Part shown: positions 29,438-39,447 of the stretch, in pieces
Position numbering within the stretch: position 1 is the stretch's first letter
Layout of the letters: each line of letters begins with the position of its first letter
Origin: Brevibacterium luteolum
GTDB taxonomy: Bacteria; Actinomycetota; Actinomycetes; Actinomycetales; Brevibacteriaceae
DNA length: 64,000 nt
NCBI RefSeq assembly: GCF_013004595.1
Contig: NZ_JABEMC010000009.1
Coordinates: forward strand, 1-64,000
Direction: 5' to 3'
Translations under genes and position numbers: made by a program
The notes under the pieces: generated by a model
Told to the model about the DNA's origin: nothing
Databases searched by the model: none
The model's input: only the letters and a program-made list of their open reading frames with translations

Positions 29438-29822
29438 TGCTTTACCTCCACGATCGAGAACATTCGCTAACCATGGGAACAACATCCTCCCACCTGCGAT
29501 TATTCCCCACCCCGCAGACAAGGCTCCCTGCCACGGCCGGTGAGCGGCGCCTCGAGAGCGGGAGAACCCCGTCGCCGAGGCGGGGGTCACCGGCTGCGGG
29601 AACGCCCACCTCGGGCACGGGCGATCGGCATGCTGGTGCGGCTTGCGCGGCCTGGGCGACAACGATTCCATAACAGCGGCCCGGTGGGCGTCCGGGAGCC
29701 GATATTGCAATTGAATCTGTGAGTTTCACGACAGTATCGTTAGTAATCCGCACCACAGGGGGTGCGGCATCTGCGCACACCACGCGCAGCTGCGCCACCC
29801 ACCACGAGGGGATCCACTTTCT

Positions 29823-30803
29823 ATGCGCACACGTACTCTTCCCACAGTCCTGGCCGGCGCCGCAGCTGCCGCGCTCGTGCTCTCCGGCTGCGCCGGCGGC
29901 GGAGGCGACTCAGGTGAGGGCGGCGGCGACGCCGGCACCGAGTTCATCACCGTGGCCACCGGCGGCAACTCCGGCGTCTACTACCAGGTCGGAGCCGGCA
30001 TGTCCCAGCTGCTCAGCGACGAGCTCGGCTCGGACTCGACCGTCCAGGCCACCGGCGCCTCGGTCGAGAACGTCACCCTGCTCAACGACGGCGACGCCGA
30101 GATCGCCTTCGCGATGGCCGATGCCACCGACCAGGCGCTCAAGGGCGAGGGGCCGTTCGAGGACAAGGTCGAGAGCCTGCCGGCGATCGCGAACCTGTAC
30201 GAGCAGTACCTGCAGGTCATCACGCTCGAGGACAAGGGAATCGACTCGATCGAGGATCTCAAGGGCAAGCGCGTGTCCGTCGGCGACGTCAACTCCGGCG
30301 TCGAGCTCAACGCCCGCACTGTCGTCGACGCCTACGGCATGAGCTACGACGACTTCACCGCCGACTACCTGCCCTATGCCGAGGCCATCGACCAGATGAA
30401 GAACGGCCAGGTCGACGCCGCGTTCGTCACCTCCGGCCTGCCGAACTCTGCGGTCACCGACCTGGCGACCACCCACGACGTCAAGGTCGTGCCGTTCGAA
30501 GGCGACGGGCTGAACAAGCTGCTCGAATACGAGTTCTTCGGCGAGGGCACCGTGCCCAAGGACACCTACGACAGCAAGGAGGATGCCGCGACTGTGACCA
30601 TCCCGAACCTGCTGCTGGCCAGCCCGGAGCTGAGCGAAGACGCCGTCTACGACATCACGAAGACGATCTTCGACAACCTCGACCAGGTCCACGCGACGCA
30701 CAACGCCGCCAAGGACATCACGCTCGAGAACGCTCCCAACGTCGTCGTCACCGAGCTGCACCCCGGTGCCAAGCGCTACTTCGACGAAGCCGGCACGTCC
30801 TGA
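29823..30803 (+). CDS. TAXI-family TRAP solute-binding lipoprotein
   Basis: Lipobox LSGC, ATGGNSGVYY, TGASVEN, LHPGAKRYF. Confidence 0.93.
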   Translation: MRTRTLPTVLAGAAAAALVLSGCAGGGGDSGEGGGDAGTEFITVATGGNSGVYYQVGAGMSQLLSDELGSDSTVQATGASVENVTLLNDGDAEIAFAMADATDQALKGEGPFEDKVESLPAIANLYEQYLQVITLEDKGIDSIEDLKGKRVSVGDVNSGVELNARTVVDAYGMSYDDFTADYLPYAEAIDQMKNGQVDAAFVTSGLPNSAVTDLATTHDVKVVPFEGDGLNKLLEYEFFGEGTVPKDTYDSKEDAATVTIPNLLLASPELSEDAVYDITKTIFDNLDQVHATHNAAKDITLENAPNVVVTELHPGAKRYFDEAGTS

Positions 30804-30850
30804 GCCTGAGCCCGTCGCGTGCCCGCCCGCCGCAGCCTGCTGACGGGCCG

Positions 30851-31324
30851 GTGCGGCACACGCGACGGGCGGCGCTCGGCCGGTTCGCCGGCTGGGCGGC
30901 GACGCTCGCGGCCGTGGCGATGACCGCCTCGGCCGCGGCGCAGGCCACCGTCCTCATCCGCCACCAGCGCCGGCCGCACGAGGTCTACCGACACGTGACG
31001 GTCAGCCGCCAGGCGACAATCGCCCTGGCGTGGATCCACTCCGTCGATCACACACCCTGGATCGAGTACTACACGCTCAGCCGCGGCGGGTTCCTCCTCG
31101 ACTGCACCGACATCGCCCTCACCGGCGCCGGGGCACCCTCGGAGGCCCCGCACGTCGTGAAGGTCGGGGACATGCTCCGCTACTGCGGAATTGCCCGGCA
31201 CTTCGATGCCGTGCGCTGGATCCACTCCCACGACGTCGAGCACACCCTCAGCATCGACGGCCACCGCCTCCTGGCACCGGCCGACATCCCCCACCGCAGC
31301 CCGGTGGAGATGGTCCTGGCCTGA
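30851..31324 (+). CDS. DUF1850-like protein
   Basis: WIHSVDHTPWIEYY and GAGAPS; typical position between TAXI binding protein and permease. Confidence 0.75.
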   Translation: MRHTRRAALGRFAGWAATLAAVAMTASAAAQATVLIRHQRRPHEVYRHVTVSRQATIALAWIHSVDHTPWIEYYTLSRGGFLLDCTDIALTGAGAPSEAPHVVKVGDMLRYCGIARHFDAVRWIHSHDVEHTLSIDGHRLLAPADIPHRSPVEMVLA

Positions 31325-31344
31325 CAAGGAAGAAAGCACACACG

Positions 31345-33405
31345 ATGAGCACACCGCACACTCCGCCGACCGGAAACGCCCGCGACGCAGCCGCAGACGA
31401 CCCGCGCCCGGGCACTGGATCGACCGCCGCCGGGCAGGCTGACGCCGACACCGGCGTGCTGCACGCCGACACCTCCGACGCCGACCTGGAGACCCTGGAG
31501 AAGTACGACCGCGAATCGCGCACCCGCGATGTCTTCAGCACATGGCTGGCCTGGCCGGTCGGAGTCGTCGCCGTGTCGCTGTCGGTCTACCACATCTGGA
31601 CCGCGCTCTTCGGCGGGCCGCCGACGCTCGTGCACCGCGCGATCCACGTCTCAGCGATCCTCGTCCTCGCCTTCGCGCTCTACCGGCCCTACGCCAAGGA
31701 GAAGCGGGCGACGACACCCTGGTTCGACTACATCCTCATCGCCGCCTCCGCCTCGGTGGCGATCTATCTGGCCACCCAGTACGCCGAGCTCGTCACCCGC
31801 GGCTCGCGGTTCACGATGACCGATGTCATCATCGGCGGCATCCTCGTCTTCGCCACCCTGGAGGCCGCCCGCCGCGTGACCGGCTGGTTCCTGCCGGCGC
31901 TGGCAGTGCTGTTCATCATCTACGACATCTACGGCCGGTCGATGCCCGGGCTCATGCGCCACCGCGGCTACGACCTCGACCGGATCCTCAACTACATGCT
32001 CACCTCGACCGAGGGGATCTTCTCCACCGCGATCGGGGTGTCATCGACCTACATCATCCTCTTCATCCTCTTCGGCGCCTTCCTCCAGCGCTCAGGGATG
32101 GGCCAATTCTTCAACGACATCGCCCTCGCCATCGCCGGGCAGACCCGCGGCGGGCCGGCGAAGGTCGCGGTCATCGCCTCAGGCTTTCTCGGCTCGATCA
32201 ACGGCTCGGCAATCGCCAACGTCGTCACCACCGGCGCATTCACGATCCCGCTGATGAAGAAGATCGGCTACCATCGCAACTTCGCCGGCGCTGTCGAATC
32301 CGCTGCGTCGGTCGGCGGGCAGATCCTGCCGCCGATCATGGGTGCAGCAGCCTTCATCATGGCCGAAACGCTCGGCATCCCGTACCGGGAGATCGCCCTG
32401 GTCGCGATCGTGCCGGCACTGCTGTACTACCTCGGCATCATCATGCAGGTGCACCTGCGCGCCACCCGCCGCGGACTCGAAGGCATCTCGCGGAAGAACC
32501 TGCCAGCCGTCATGGACGTCATGCGCGAGCGCGGCCACCTGCTCATCCCGCTGGCCTACCTGCTGTACATGCTGTTCTTCTCCGGCCGGACGATCCTGTT
32601 CTCAGCGGTCACGACGATCTTCGTCACCGTGCTCGTGGCGATGCTGCGCAAGACCACCCGGATGAGTTTCAAGGACATCATCCTGGCCCTGCGCGACGGC
32701 GCCATCACCGCAGTCTCGGTCGCTGTGGCCTGTGCGGCGGTCGGCATCATCGTCGGTGTCGCCAGCCAGACCGGATTCGGCGTCAAGCTCGCCAACGCGA
32801 TCGTGACGATCGGCGGCGGCTACCTGCTGCCGACGCTCATCATGACCGCGGTCGCCTGCATCATCCTCGGCATGGGCCTGCCGTCGATCCCGGCCTACAT
32901 CGTCACCGCGACGATGGCCGCCCCGGCACTCGCCCAGCTCGGTGTCGAACCGCTGGCCGCCCACCTGTTCGTGTTCTACTTCGGACTGTTCGCCAACATC
33001 ACCCCGCCGGTTGCGCTCGCCGCGTTCGCGGCAGCCGGACTGTCAGGCGGCACACCGATGCAGACCGGATTCACGGCGATGAGACTCGCGCTGGCCGGCT
33101 ACATCGTGCCGTTCGTATTCGTGTACAACCCGGTGCTCATCATGCAGGACGCCGATGTCATGACCGCCATCCGCGTCATCGCCACCGCCTCGATCGGCGT
33201 CATCCTGCTCGCTGTGGCCGCCGAGGGCTTCCTCATGGTGACCGTGCCGTGGGTGCTGCGGATCTCGCTCATCATCGGCTCGGTCCTGTTCCTCACCCCG
33301 AACCTCGTCCTCGACCTCATCGGCACTGCGGTGCTCGTCGTCAGCCTGCTGGCGATCATCGCACTGGCGAAGAAGGCCGACAGGCTCTCCTTGAGGAATA
33401 TCTGA
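31345..33405 (+). CDS. TRAP transporter 4TM/12TM fusion permease
   Basis: GGPAKVAV, GSAIANVVTTGAFTIP, GMGLPSIPAY, ITPPVALA. Confidence 0.94.
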   Translation: MSTPHTPPTGNARDAAADDPRPGTGSTAAGQADADTGVLHADTSDADLETLEKYDRESRTRDVFSTWLAWPVGVVAVSLSVYHIWTALFGGPPTLVHRAIHVSAILVLAFALYRPYAKEKRATTPWFDYILIAASASVAIYLATQYAELVTRGSRFTMTDVIIGGILVFATLEAARRVTGWFLPALAVLFIIYDIYGRSMPGLMRHRGYDLDRILNYMLTSTEGIFSTAIGVSSTYIILFILFGAFLQRSGMGQFFNDIALAIAGQTRGGPAKVAVIASGFLGSINGSAIANVVTTGAFTIPLMKKIGYHRNFAGAVESAASVGGQILPPIMGAAAFIMAETLGIPYREIALVAIVPALLYYLGIIMQVHLRATRRGLEGISRKNLPAVMDVMRERGHLLIPLAYLLYMLFFSGRTILFSAVTTIFVTVLVAMLRKTTRMSFKDIILALRDGAITAVSVAVACAAVGIIVGVASQTGFGVKLANAIVTIGGGYLLPTLIMTAVACIILGMGLPSIPAYIVTATMAAPALAQLGVEPLAAHLFVFYFGLFANITPPVALAAFAAAGLSGGTPMQTGFTAMRLALAGYIVPFVFVYNPVLIMQDADVMTAIRVIATASIGVILLAVAAEGFLMVTVPWVLRISLIIGSVLFLTPNLVLDLIGTAVLVVSLLAIIALAKKADRLSLRNI

Positions 33406-33424
33406 CGCCCTTGCCGTGAACGCC

Positions 33425-33461
33425 GATCGCCGCCGCACCTGCAAGAGATGCGGCGGCGATC
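33425..33461. terminator. Hairpin after the TRAP operon
   Basis: GATCGCCGCCGCA...TGCGGCGGCGATC, 13-bp stem between convergent genes. Confidence 0.7.
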
Positions 33462-33482
33462 CGCTGTTAGCGGGCCTGTGCC

Positions 33483-34082
33483 TCAGTCGTCTGAGCGGTG
33501 GGCCTTGCCGGACTCGGCATCGACGACGACCTCGAAGGTCTCGCCGTCCTGCTCCGGTGAGATGTCAATCGTGTAGGCGGCTTTGCCGTCGCTGCTGGTG
33601 CCCAGGTGGATCTTCGTCATCCGGCCCGGCAGCACATCGAGGGCCGAGGACTTCGCCTCATCGAGGCCGACGTAGTCATCGAGGGAGAGCACCTCGCCCT
33701 TGCCCTCGTGCTTCTCCTTATCAGTGGAGATGACGTCCCCGGTCTTGGCGTCGTAGGCAGCGGTGTACGTCTGCTCATCGGAGGCCATCTCGATGTCGTA
33801 GCGGATCTCCCCGCCCTCGGCGAGTGCGATCTGGATCGCCCGGAAGTCCCCGTCGAAGTCCTCCTGCGCCTTCTTCTGCGCGTCCTCCCAGCTCAGCGCC
33901 GGCTTGAAGTTCGCCAGGTCGTCCTCCTCACCGGAGTTCGGCGGGCCCTCGGTGCCGCGCGGGTCAGCCGGGGTCTGTGTGGCGGGGCCCTGCTTGGGCT
34001 CGGAGTCGTTCTGCGAGCAGTCGGAGAGCGCCAGCGCGGCAGCGCATAGAGCTGCCGTCGCGGTCAGGGTCCGACGGGTCAT
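33483..34082 (-). CDS. PepSY-domain secreted protein/lipoprotein
   Basis: Signal peptide with Cys; two repeats ending YDAKTG and VDAESG. Confidence 0.75.
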   Translation of the reverse strand: MTRRTLTATAALCAAALALSDCSQNDSEPKQGPATQTPADPRGTEGPPNSGEEDDLANFKPALSWEDAQKKAQEDFDGDFRAIQIALAEGGEIRYDIEMASDEQTYTAAYDAKTGDVISTDKEKHEGKGEVLSLDDYVGLDEAKSSALDVLPGRMTKIHLGTSSDGKAAYTIDISPEQDGETFEVVVDAESGKAHRSDD

Positions 34083-34288
34083 GAAGCGTCCTTTCGGGTT
34101 GCCGGTCAGACGGGCACGCCGTTCAGTCTACTCACGGCCGCGATCCGGGCTACTGAGGACCGCGATCCCGGCACTGAGCTTCCACCCAGCTCTGTCCTGC
34201 GCAAACGCGGCCCGCCTGCCGGGCCGCCGATGCCCGAGGCGGTATCGTGGAACCACACGCCCCGCCCTGCCGAGAGAGGAACCCAGCG

Positions 34289-34663
34289 ATGTCGACACTG
34301 GTGAAGATCGCCGAGGCGACGCTGTTCTTCCTCGAGACGCTGGCCTGGCTGGCGATCGCCTACGTTGCCTTCATGCTCGTCGGCGGCGGCGCGCTCGCCT
34401 GGCTGGCCGGCATCGGCGCGCTCGTTCTCGTCATCATCGTCTGGGCGCTGTTCGCCTCCCCGAAGGGCTTCCTCGCCTCCCGCACCTCGGTCATCGCCGT
34501 GCGTGCGATCGTCTACCTCGCCGCCGTCGTCGGGCTCATCATCGTCGGCCCGGCCTGGGTCGGCATCGTGCTCGGCGTCCTGCTGCTCGCCTGCGAGGGC
34601 CTGCTCATCTGGCAGAACAAGCACGAGGCGCTCGCCGCCACCCGCCGGACCGGTCGGCACTGA
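34289..34663 (+). CDS. YrdB/DUF2568-like membrane protein
   Basis: FFLE and WALFASPK, four TM segments. Confidence 0.65.
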   Translation: MSTLVKIAEATLFFLETLAWLAIAYVAFMLVGGGALAWLAGIGALVLVIIVWALFASPKGFLASRTSVIAVRAIVYLAAVVGLIIVGPAWVGIVLGVLLLACEGLLIWQNKHEALAATRRTGRH

Positions 34664-34677
34664 GGGGTGGTGCGCTG

Positions 34678-35583
34678 ATGTTCCGCAGAACACGGCCGGC
34701 CGCTGCCAAAGCGCAGCTCCCACCTGCACCGGTGGAGTACACCCGCACCTGCCGGGCTGCCGCCGCCGAGGTGCTGGCCCGGTATTCGACATCGTTCTCC
34801 CTGGCCGTGCGCACCCTGCCGCGGGTCGTCCGCATCCACATCACCGCGATCTACGCGATGGCCCGGGTCGCCGATGAGATCGTCGATGGCAGCATGCACC
34901 GGCTGCCGGCCGCCCAGCGCTCGGCCGAACTCGACGCCTTCGAACACCGCATCGCTACTGCGGTGGCGACCGGCGCCTCGGCCGACATCATCGCCCACGC
35001 CTACGCCGCGACCGCCCGCGAGGTCGGCATCGGGCCGGCCGAATGGGAGCCGTTCTTCGCCTCGATGCGCGCCGACATCTCCCCAGCTGTCCACACCGAG
35101 GAGTCGATCGCTGACTACATCCACGGCTCCGCGGAGGTCATCGGGCTCATGTGCCTCAAGGCCTTCTTCCTCGGTGCCGTGCCCGAGGCCGATCACGAGC
35201 GCCTGCGACGCGGAGCGATGGCGCTCGGGGCAGGCTTCCAGAAGGTCAACTTCCTGCGTGATCTCGCCGAGGACACTGCCCTGGGCCGCAGCTACCTGCC
35301 CGGCATCAGCACCGACGGACTCACAGATGCCGACCGGGACCGGATCGTCACCGACATCGACGCCGATCTCGCCGCAGCCGATGAAGTCATCGAGCTGCTG
35401 CCGGCCCGTGTGCGCCCGGCCGTGCGGATCGCCCACGCCCTGTTCGCCGAACTCAACCGGACGCTGGCCACCACGCCTGCCGTGCAGATCCGCACGCAGC
35501 GGATGCGGGTGAGCAACCCGCGCAAGCTCGCCATAACCGCCTGTGCGCTGCGCCGCCCATCGACCGGCGGTGAGAGCCGGTGA
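34678..35583 (+). CDS. crtB: Phytoene synthase
   Basis: YSTSFSLA, RVADEIVD, YIHGSAEVIGLMC, FQKVNFLRDL. Confidence 0.93.
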   Translation: MFRRTRPAAAKAQLPPAPVEYTRTCRAAAAEVLARYSTSFSLAVRTLPRVVRIHITAIYAMARVADEIVDGSMHRLPAAQRSAELDAFEHRIATAVATGASADIIAHAYAATAREVGIGPAEWEPFFASMRADISPAVHTEESIADYIHGSAEVIGLMCLKAFFLGAVPEADHERLRRGAMALGAGFQKVNFLRDLAEDTALGRSYLPGISTDGLTDADRDRIVTDIDADLAAADEVIELLPARVRPAVRIAHALFAELNRTLATTPAVQIRTQRMRVSNPRKLAITACALRRPSTGGESR

Positions 35584-37163
35584 CGCGCACCATCGTCATC
35601 GGCGGCGGCATCGCCGGCCTCGCCTCCGCCGCGCTGCTCGCACAGGGGGGCCATGCGGTCACGCTGCTGGAGAAGAACGCGACCCTCGGCGGACGCGCCG
35701 GCATCCATCGGGAGGCCGGGTTCACCTTTGACACTGGCCCGAGCTGGTATCTCATGCCCGAGGTGTTCGACCACCTCTTCGACCTCACCGGCGCCCCGAA
35801 CCCGCTCGAGCTCATCGACCTCGATCCTGCCTACCGGATCTTCCCCGAACCAGTTGGCGAGTCAGCATCCACTCGGCTTGACGTGCCGGCCGGACGTGAG
35901 AAGGTCCTCGACCTCTTCGAGCGCTTAGAGCCCGGCAGCCGGGATCGGGTCGACGCCTATCTCGACTCCGCCTCCCGGACCTACCGGCTGGCACTCGGCC
36001 ACTTCCTCTACACCACCTTCTCCACCCCGGCCGGGTTCGCCCACCCGGAGGTGCTCACCGGGCTCGGCGAGCTGACCGAACTGCTGAGCACCTCGATGCA
36101 GGAGAAGATCGACCGCACCGTCAGCGATCCCGTCGCCCGGCAGATCCTCGGCTATCCGGCCGTGTTCCTCGGCACCCGCCCGGAGACCGCCCCGGCGATG
36201 TACCACCTCATGAGCCACCTCGACCTCGTCGACGGGGTCCGCTATCCGGCCGGCGGCATGCACACGCTCATCACCGCGATCGCCGAACGCGCCCGCGACC
36301 TCGGGGTCGACATCCGCACCGAAGCCGAGGTCGTCTCACTGACCCGCCATGAGCCCGTCCGGTGGCGGGGTCGTCTCGGCCTGCCGGGAAGGCGAGCGCA
36401 GCTGAGCGAGGTGCTCGCCCGCACCCGGGACGGGCTCGAAGCCTTCGATGCCGATGCCGTCGTCGCCGCCTGCGACCTCCACCACTTGGAGACCCGGCTG
36501 CTGCCCCGCAGACTCCAGACCCGCCCGGCAGCCAGCTGGAAGCGTGCCGACCCGGGGATGGGCGCGCTCGTCCTGCTGCTCGGCGTCGAGGGCCGGCTCG
36601 ACAGGCTGGCGCATCACAATCTGCTCTTCACCTCTGACTGGGGCAAGAACTTCGACGCGATCTACCGCGACCGGCAGATCCCCGATCCGGCCTCGATCTA
36701 CGTCTGCGCACCCTCGCGCACCGATCCCACGGTCGCACCGGACGGCTGTGAGAACCTCTTCGTCCTCGTCCCCTGGCCGGCCGACGCTTCCCTCCGCGCA
36801 GACGATCCCAACGTGCAGGCGTGCGCCGAGGCGACCATCCACCAGATCGCCCGCTGGACCGGCCACCCGGACCTGGCCGAGCGGCTGCAAGTGCGCCGCG
36901 TCATCGCCCCAGCTGACTACACTCGTGACTTCCACGCCTGGTCCGGCACCGCTTTGGGGCCTGCGAACACGCTCATGCAGTCGATCTTCCTGCGCGGCCG
37001 GGTGCGCTCTGCCAAGGTCGCCAATCTCTTCTATGCAGGAGCCTTCACCGCACCCGGCGTCGGTCTGCCGATGTGCGTCATCAGTGCCGAGAACGTCCTC
37101 AAGGCCTTCCGCGGCGACCGCACCTCCGGTCCCCTGCCCGTTCCCGAGGCGGTGGACAGGTGA
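35580..37163 (+). CDS. crtI: Phytoene desaturase
   Basis: IGGGIAGL, FDTGPSWYLMP, PGVGLPMCVISAE. Confidence 0.95.
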   Translation: MTRTIVIGGGIAGLASAALLAQGGHAVTLLEKNATLGGRAGIHREAGFTFDTGPSWYLMPEVFDHLFDLTGAPNPLELIDLDPAYRIFPEPVGESASTRLDVPAGREKVLDLFERLEPGSRDRVDAYLDSASRTYRLALGHFLYTTFSTPAGFAHPEVLTGLGELTELLSTSMQEKIDRTVSDPVARQILGYPAVFLGTRPETAPAMYHLMSHLDLVDGVRYPAGGMHTLITAIAERARDLGVDIRTEAEVVSLTRHEPVRWRGRLGLPGRRAQLSEVLARTRDGLEAFDADAVVAACDLHHLETRLLPRRLQTRPAASWKRADPGMGALVLLLGVEGRLDRLAHHNLLFTSDWGKNFDAIYRDRQIPDPASIYVCAPSRTDPTVAPDGCENLFVLVPWPADASLRADDPNVQACAEATIHQIARWTGHPDLAERLQVRRVIAPADYTRDFHAWSGTALGPANTLMQSIFLRGRVRSAKVANLFYAGAFTAPGVGLPMCVISAENVLKAFRGDRTSGPLPVPEAVDR

Positions 37164-37543
37164 GCTTCGTTTACCTCGGCTGCCTGCTGTTCTCCATCGC
37201 GGGCATGGCGCTGCTCGACTGGCGCCACCAGCTGTTCTGGTTCGCCGACTGTAAGCGCGCGGCAATCGTCCACGGTGTCGGTCTGGCGACGTTCCTCCTC
37301 TGGGATGCCGCCGGGATCGTCTTCGGGGTGTTCTACCGCGGTGACAGCCCGTACATGACCGGCATCGAGCTCGCCCCGGAGCTGCCGGTCGAAGAGGTCT
37401 TCTTCCTCTTCTTCCTGTGCTGGGTCACGATGGTCGTCTTCACCCGTTCGATGCGCATCCTCACCCACCTGCGCAGCACCGATGAGCCCGGCCCCGAGCC
37501 GACGGGAACAGGCACACCAGGAACAGGCGGTGGCCGGCCGTGA
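37160..37543 (+). CDS. Heterodimeric C50 carotenoid cyclase subunit 1 (CrtYe/Yg/LbtA-like)
   Basis: FLLWDAAGI, LAPELPVEEVFFLFFLC; GTGA coupling to crtI. Confidence 0.85.
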   Translation: MSFVYLGCLLFSIAGMALLDWRHQLFWFADCKRAAIVHGVGLATFLLWDAAGIVFGVFYRGDSPYMTGIELAPELPVEEVFFLFFLCWVTMVVFTRSMRILTHLRSTDEPGPEPTGTGTPGTGGGRP

Positions 37544-37974
37544 CCTATACGCTCATCAACCTCGTCTTCCTCATCCCCGCGCTTGGGCTGCTGTTCGCCG
37601 CCCTGCTGCGGCTGCGCAGCTCCGATCCCTCCTCAGCCCGGCTCGGCAGCCCGACCGATCCGGCCCACCGGCCCGCCACCTCGGCGCCGGCCGACCCGTC
37701 GATGACCGCCTCCCGGTCCCGGATCCACCAGCGGGCCCTGGCCATCACCGCAGCGCTGCTCATCGGGCTGACGATGATCTTCGACAACCTCATGATCGCC
37801 GCCGGCCTGTTCACCTACGACAACCATCTGGGCATCAGCATCGGGCTCATGCCGATCGAGGATCTCGCCTACACGATCGTCGCCGTCGCAGCGCTGCCGA
37901 GCCTGTGGCTGCTGCTCGGCAACCGCCGGAAACCACGCCGGCCCGAGGATGCCGACGGGCGGGCCGGGTCGTGA
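37540..37974 (+). CDS. Heterodimeric C50 carotenoid cyclase subunit 2 (CrtYf/Yh-like)
   Basis: LTMIFDNLMIAAGLFTY, PIEDLAY. Confidence 0.85.
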   Translation: MTYTLINLVFLIPALGLLFAALLRLRSSDPSSARLGSPTDPAHRPATSAPADPSMTASRSRIHQRALAITAALLIGLTMIFDNLMIAAGLFTYDNHLGISIGLMPIEDLAYTIVAVAALPSLWLLLGNRRKPRRPEDADGRAGS

Positions 37975-38837
37975 GCACACTCGGACTCCTGACCCGCACC
38001 TCGCGCCCGGTCTCCTGGGTCAACACCTCCTTCCCATTCGGGGCGGCCTATCTGCTCACCGGCGGCGGCGTCGACGCACCGTTCGTGCTCGGCTGCCTGT
38101 TCTTCCTCATCCCGTACAACCTGGCGATGTACGGCATCAACGACGTCTTCGACTACGAATCCGACATCCGCAATCCGCGCAAGGGCGGCATCGAAGGCCA
38201 CGTCACCGCCCCCAAGCACCACCGCACGATCCTCATCAGTGCGGCCGTGTCCTGCCTGCCGTTCCTCGCAGCACTCGTGGTCCTCGGCGACTGGCGGGCG
38301 AACCTCGTGCTGGCGATCAGCATGTTCGCCGTGGCCGCCTACAGCGTGCGCGGACTGCGGTTCAAGGAGATCCCGTTCCTCGACGCGGTGACCTCCTCAA
38401 CCCACTTCTCCTCCCCGGCCTGGTACGGCCTGGCGCTCACCGGGGCGCCCCTCGACCGCAATGTGGCCGTCATCTTCGCGGCGTTCTTCATCTGGGGTGT
38501 GGCCAGCCAGGCCTTCGGTGCTGTGCAGGACATCGGACCCGACCGAGCCGGCGGGCTCGCCTCGATCGCCACCGTCATCGGGGCCCGGTCGACCGTGTGG
38601 CTGGCGACCGCGGCCTACATTGTCGCAGGCGTGCTGCTGCTCTACGCCGACTCGTTCCTTGTGCGCATCGCGGCGGTGCTCGCGCTGCCGTATGCGATCA
38701 ACACCGGCCGGTTCGCTGGGCTGACCGACGAGAGCGCCGAGCGTGCCCGCGCCGGCTGGCGGGTGTTCCTGTGGCTGAACTACGTCGTCGGCTTCTGCGT
38801 CACGATGCTCATGATCGCCTCCGTCATGGGGTTCTGA
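37971..38837 (+). CDS. crtEb: Lycopene elongase (UbiA-family prenyltransferase)
   Basis: SRPVSWVNT, MYGINDVFDYESDIRNPRKGG, AFGAVQD. Confidence 0.9.
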   Translation: MSTLGLLTRTSRPVSWVNTSFPFGAAYLLTGGGVDAPFVLGCLFFLIPYNLAMYGINDVFDYESDIRNPRKGGIEGHVTAPKHHRTILISAAVSCLPFLAALVVLGDWRANLVLAISMFAVAAYSVRGLRFKEIPFLDAVTSSTHFSSPAWYGLALTGAPLDRNVAVIFAAFFIWGVASQAFGAVQDIGPDRAGGLASIATVIGARSTVWLATAAYIVAGVLLLYADSFLVRIAAVLALPYAINTGRFAGLTDESAERARAGWRVFLWLNYVVGFCVTMLMIASVMGF

Positions 38838-38902
38838 GCCGGAGATCGGGCGTTCGCTGAGACGGCTGAAACGCCTGGCCAGACGTCCGTATACTGAAGC
38901 CC

Positions 38903-39427
38903 ATGGTTCTTGTGCATCGCGCCCAGCAGGCGTTCCTGACAGCCCGTGCCCGCACCAAGCGCGTCGTCACCGACGTCAAGAACAATCCCGCCGCCCTCAA
39001 GGCGGCGATGAACGCCTGGCCGGTGTTCCTCGCCTCCGGTGTGCGGGTCCGCCACATCGCCCCCGACTGGACGTCCGCCCACATCGAGCTCAAGCAGGGC
39101 CGGATGAACATGAACTACGTCGGCACCCACTTCGGCGGCACGCTGTTCTCCATGAGCGACCCGTTCTGGATGATCCTCATGATGCACCGCCTCGGCAAGG
39201 ACTACATCGTGTGGGATAAGGCCGGTGAGATCGACTTCAAGCGCCCCGGCCGCGGCACCGTCACCACCGAGATCCGCCTCGACGACGCCGCCGTCGAGGC
39301 GATGCGCGCCGAATCCGACGCCGAGGGCAAGTCGCTCATGTGGTTCGAAAACGACATCGTCGACGCCTCCGGCACCGTCGTTGCCACGGTCCGCAAGCAG
39401 CTCTACGCCCGCCCGAAGAACCGCTGA
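38903..39427 (+). CDS. DUF4442/hotdog-fold thioesterase-like protein
   Basis: NYVGTHFGGTLFSMSDPF, YIVWDKAGEIDF. Confidence 0.85.
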   Translation: MVLVHRAQQAFLTARARTKRVVTDVKNNPAALKAAMNAWPVFLASGVRVRHIAPDWTSAHIELKQGRMNMNYVGTHFGGTLFSMSDPFWMILMMHRLGKDYIVWDKAGEIDFKRPGRGTVTTEIRLDDAAVEAMRAESDAEGKSLMWFENDIVDASGTVVATVRKQLYARPKNR

Positions 39428-39447
39428 CCCCCTCCCCCAGGAGCTCC

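Noticed and set aside
34010..34030. Atypical lipobox LALSDC in the PepSY protein
   Set aside because: A single-residue deviation; cannot tell variant from error.
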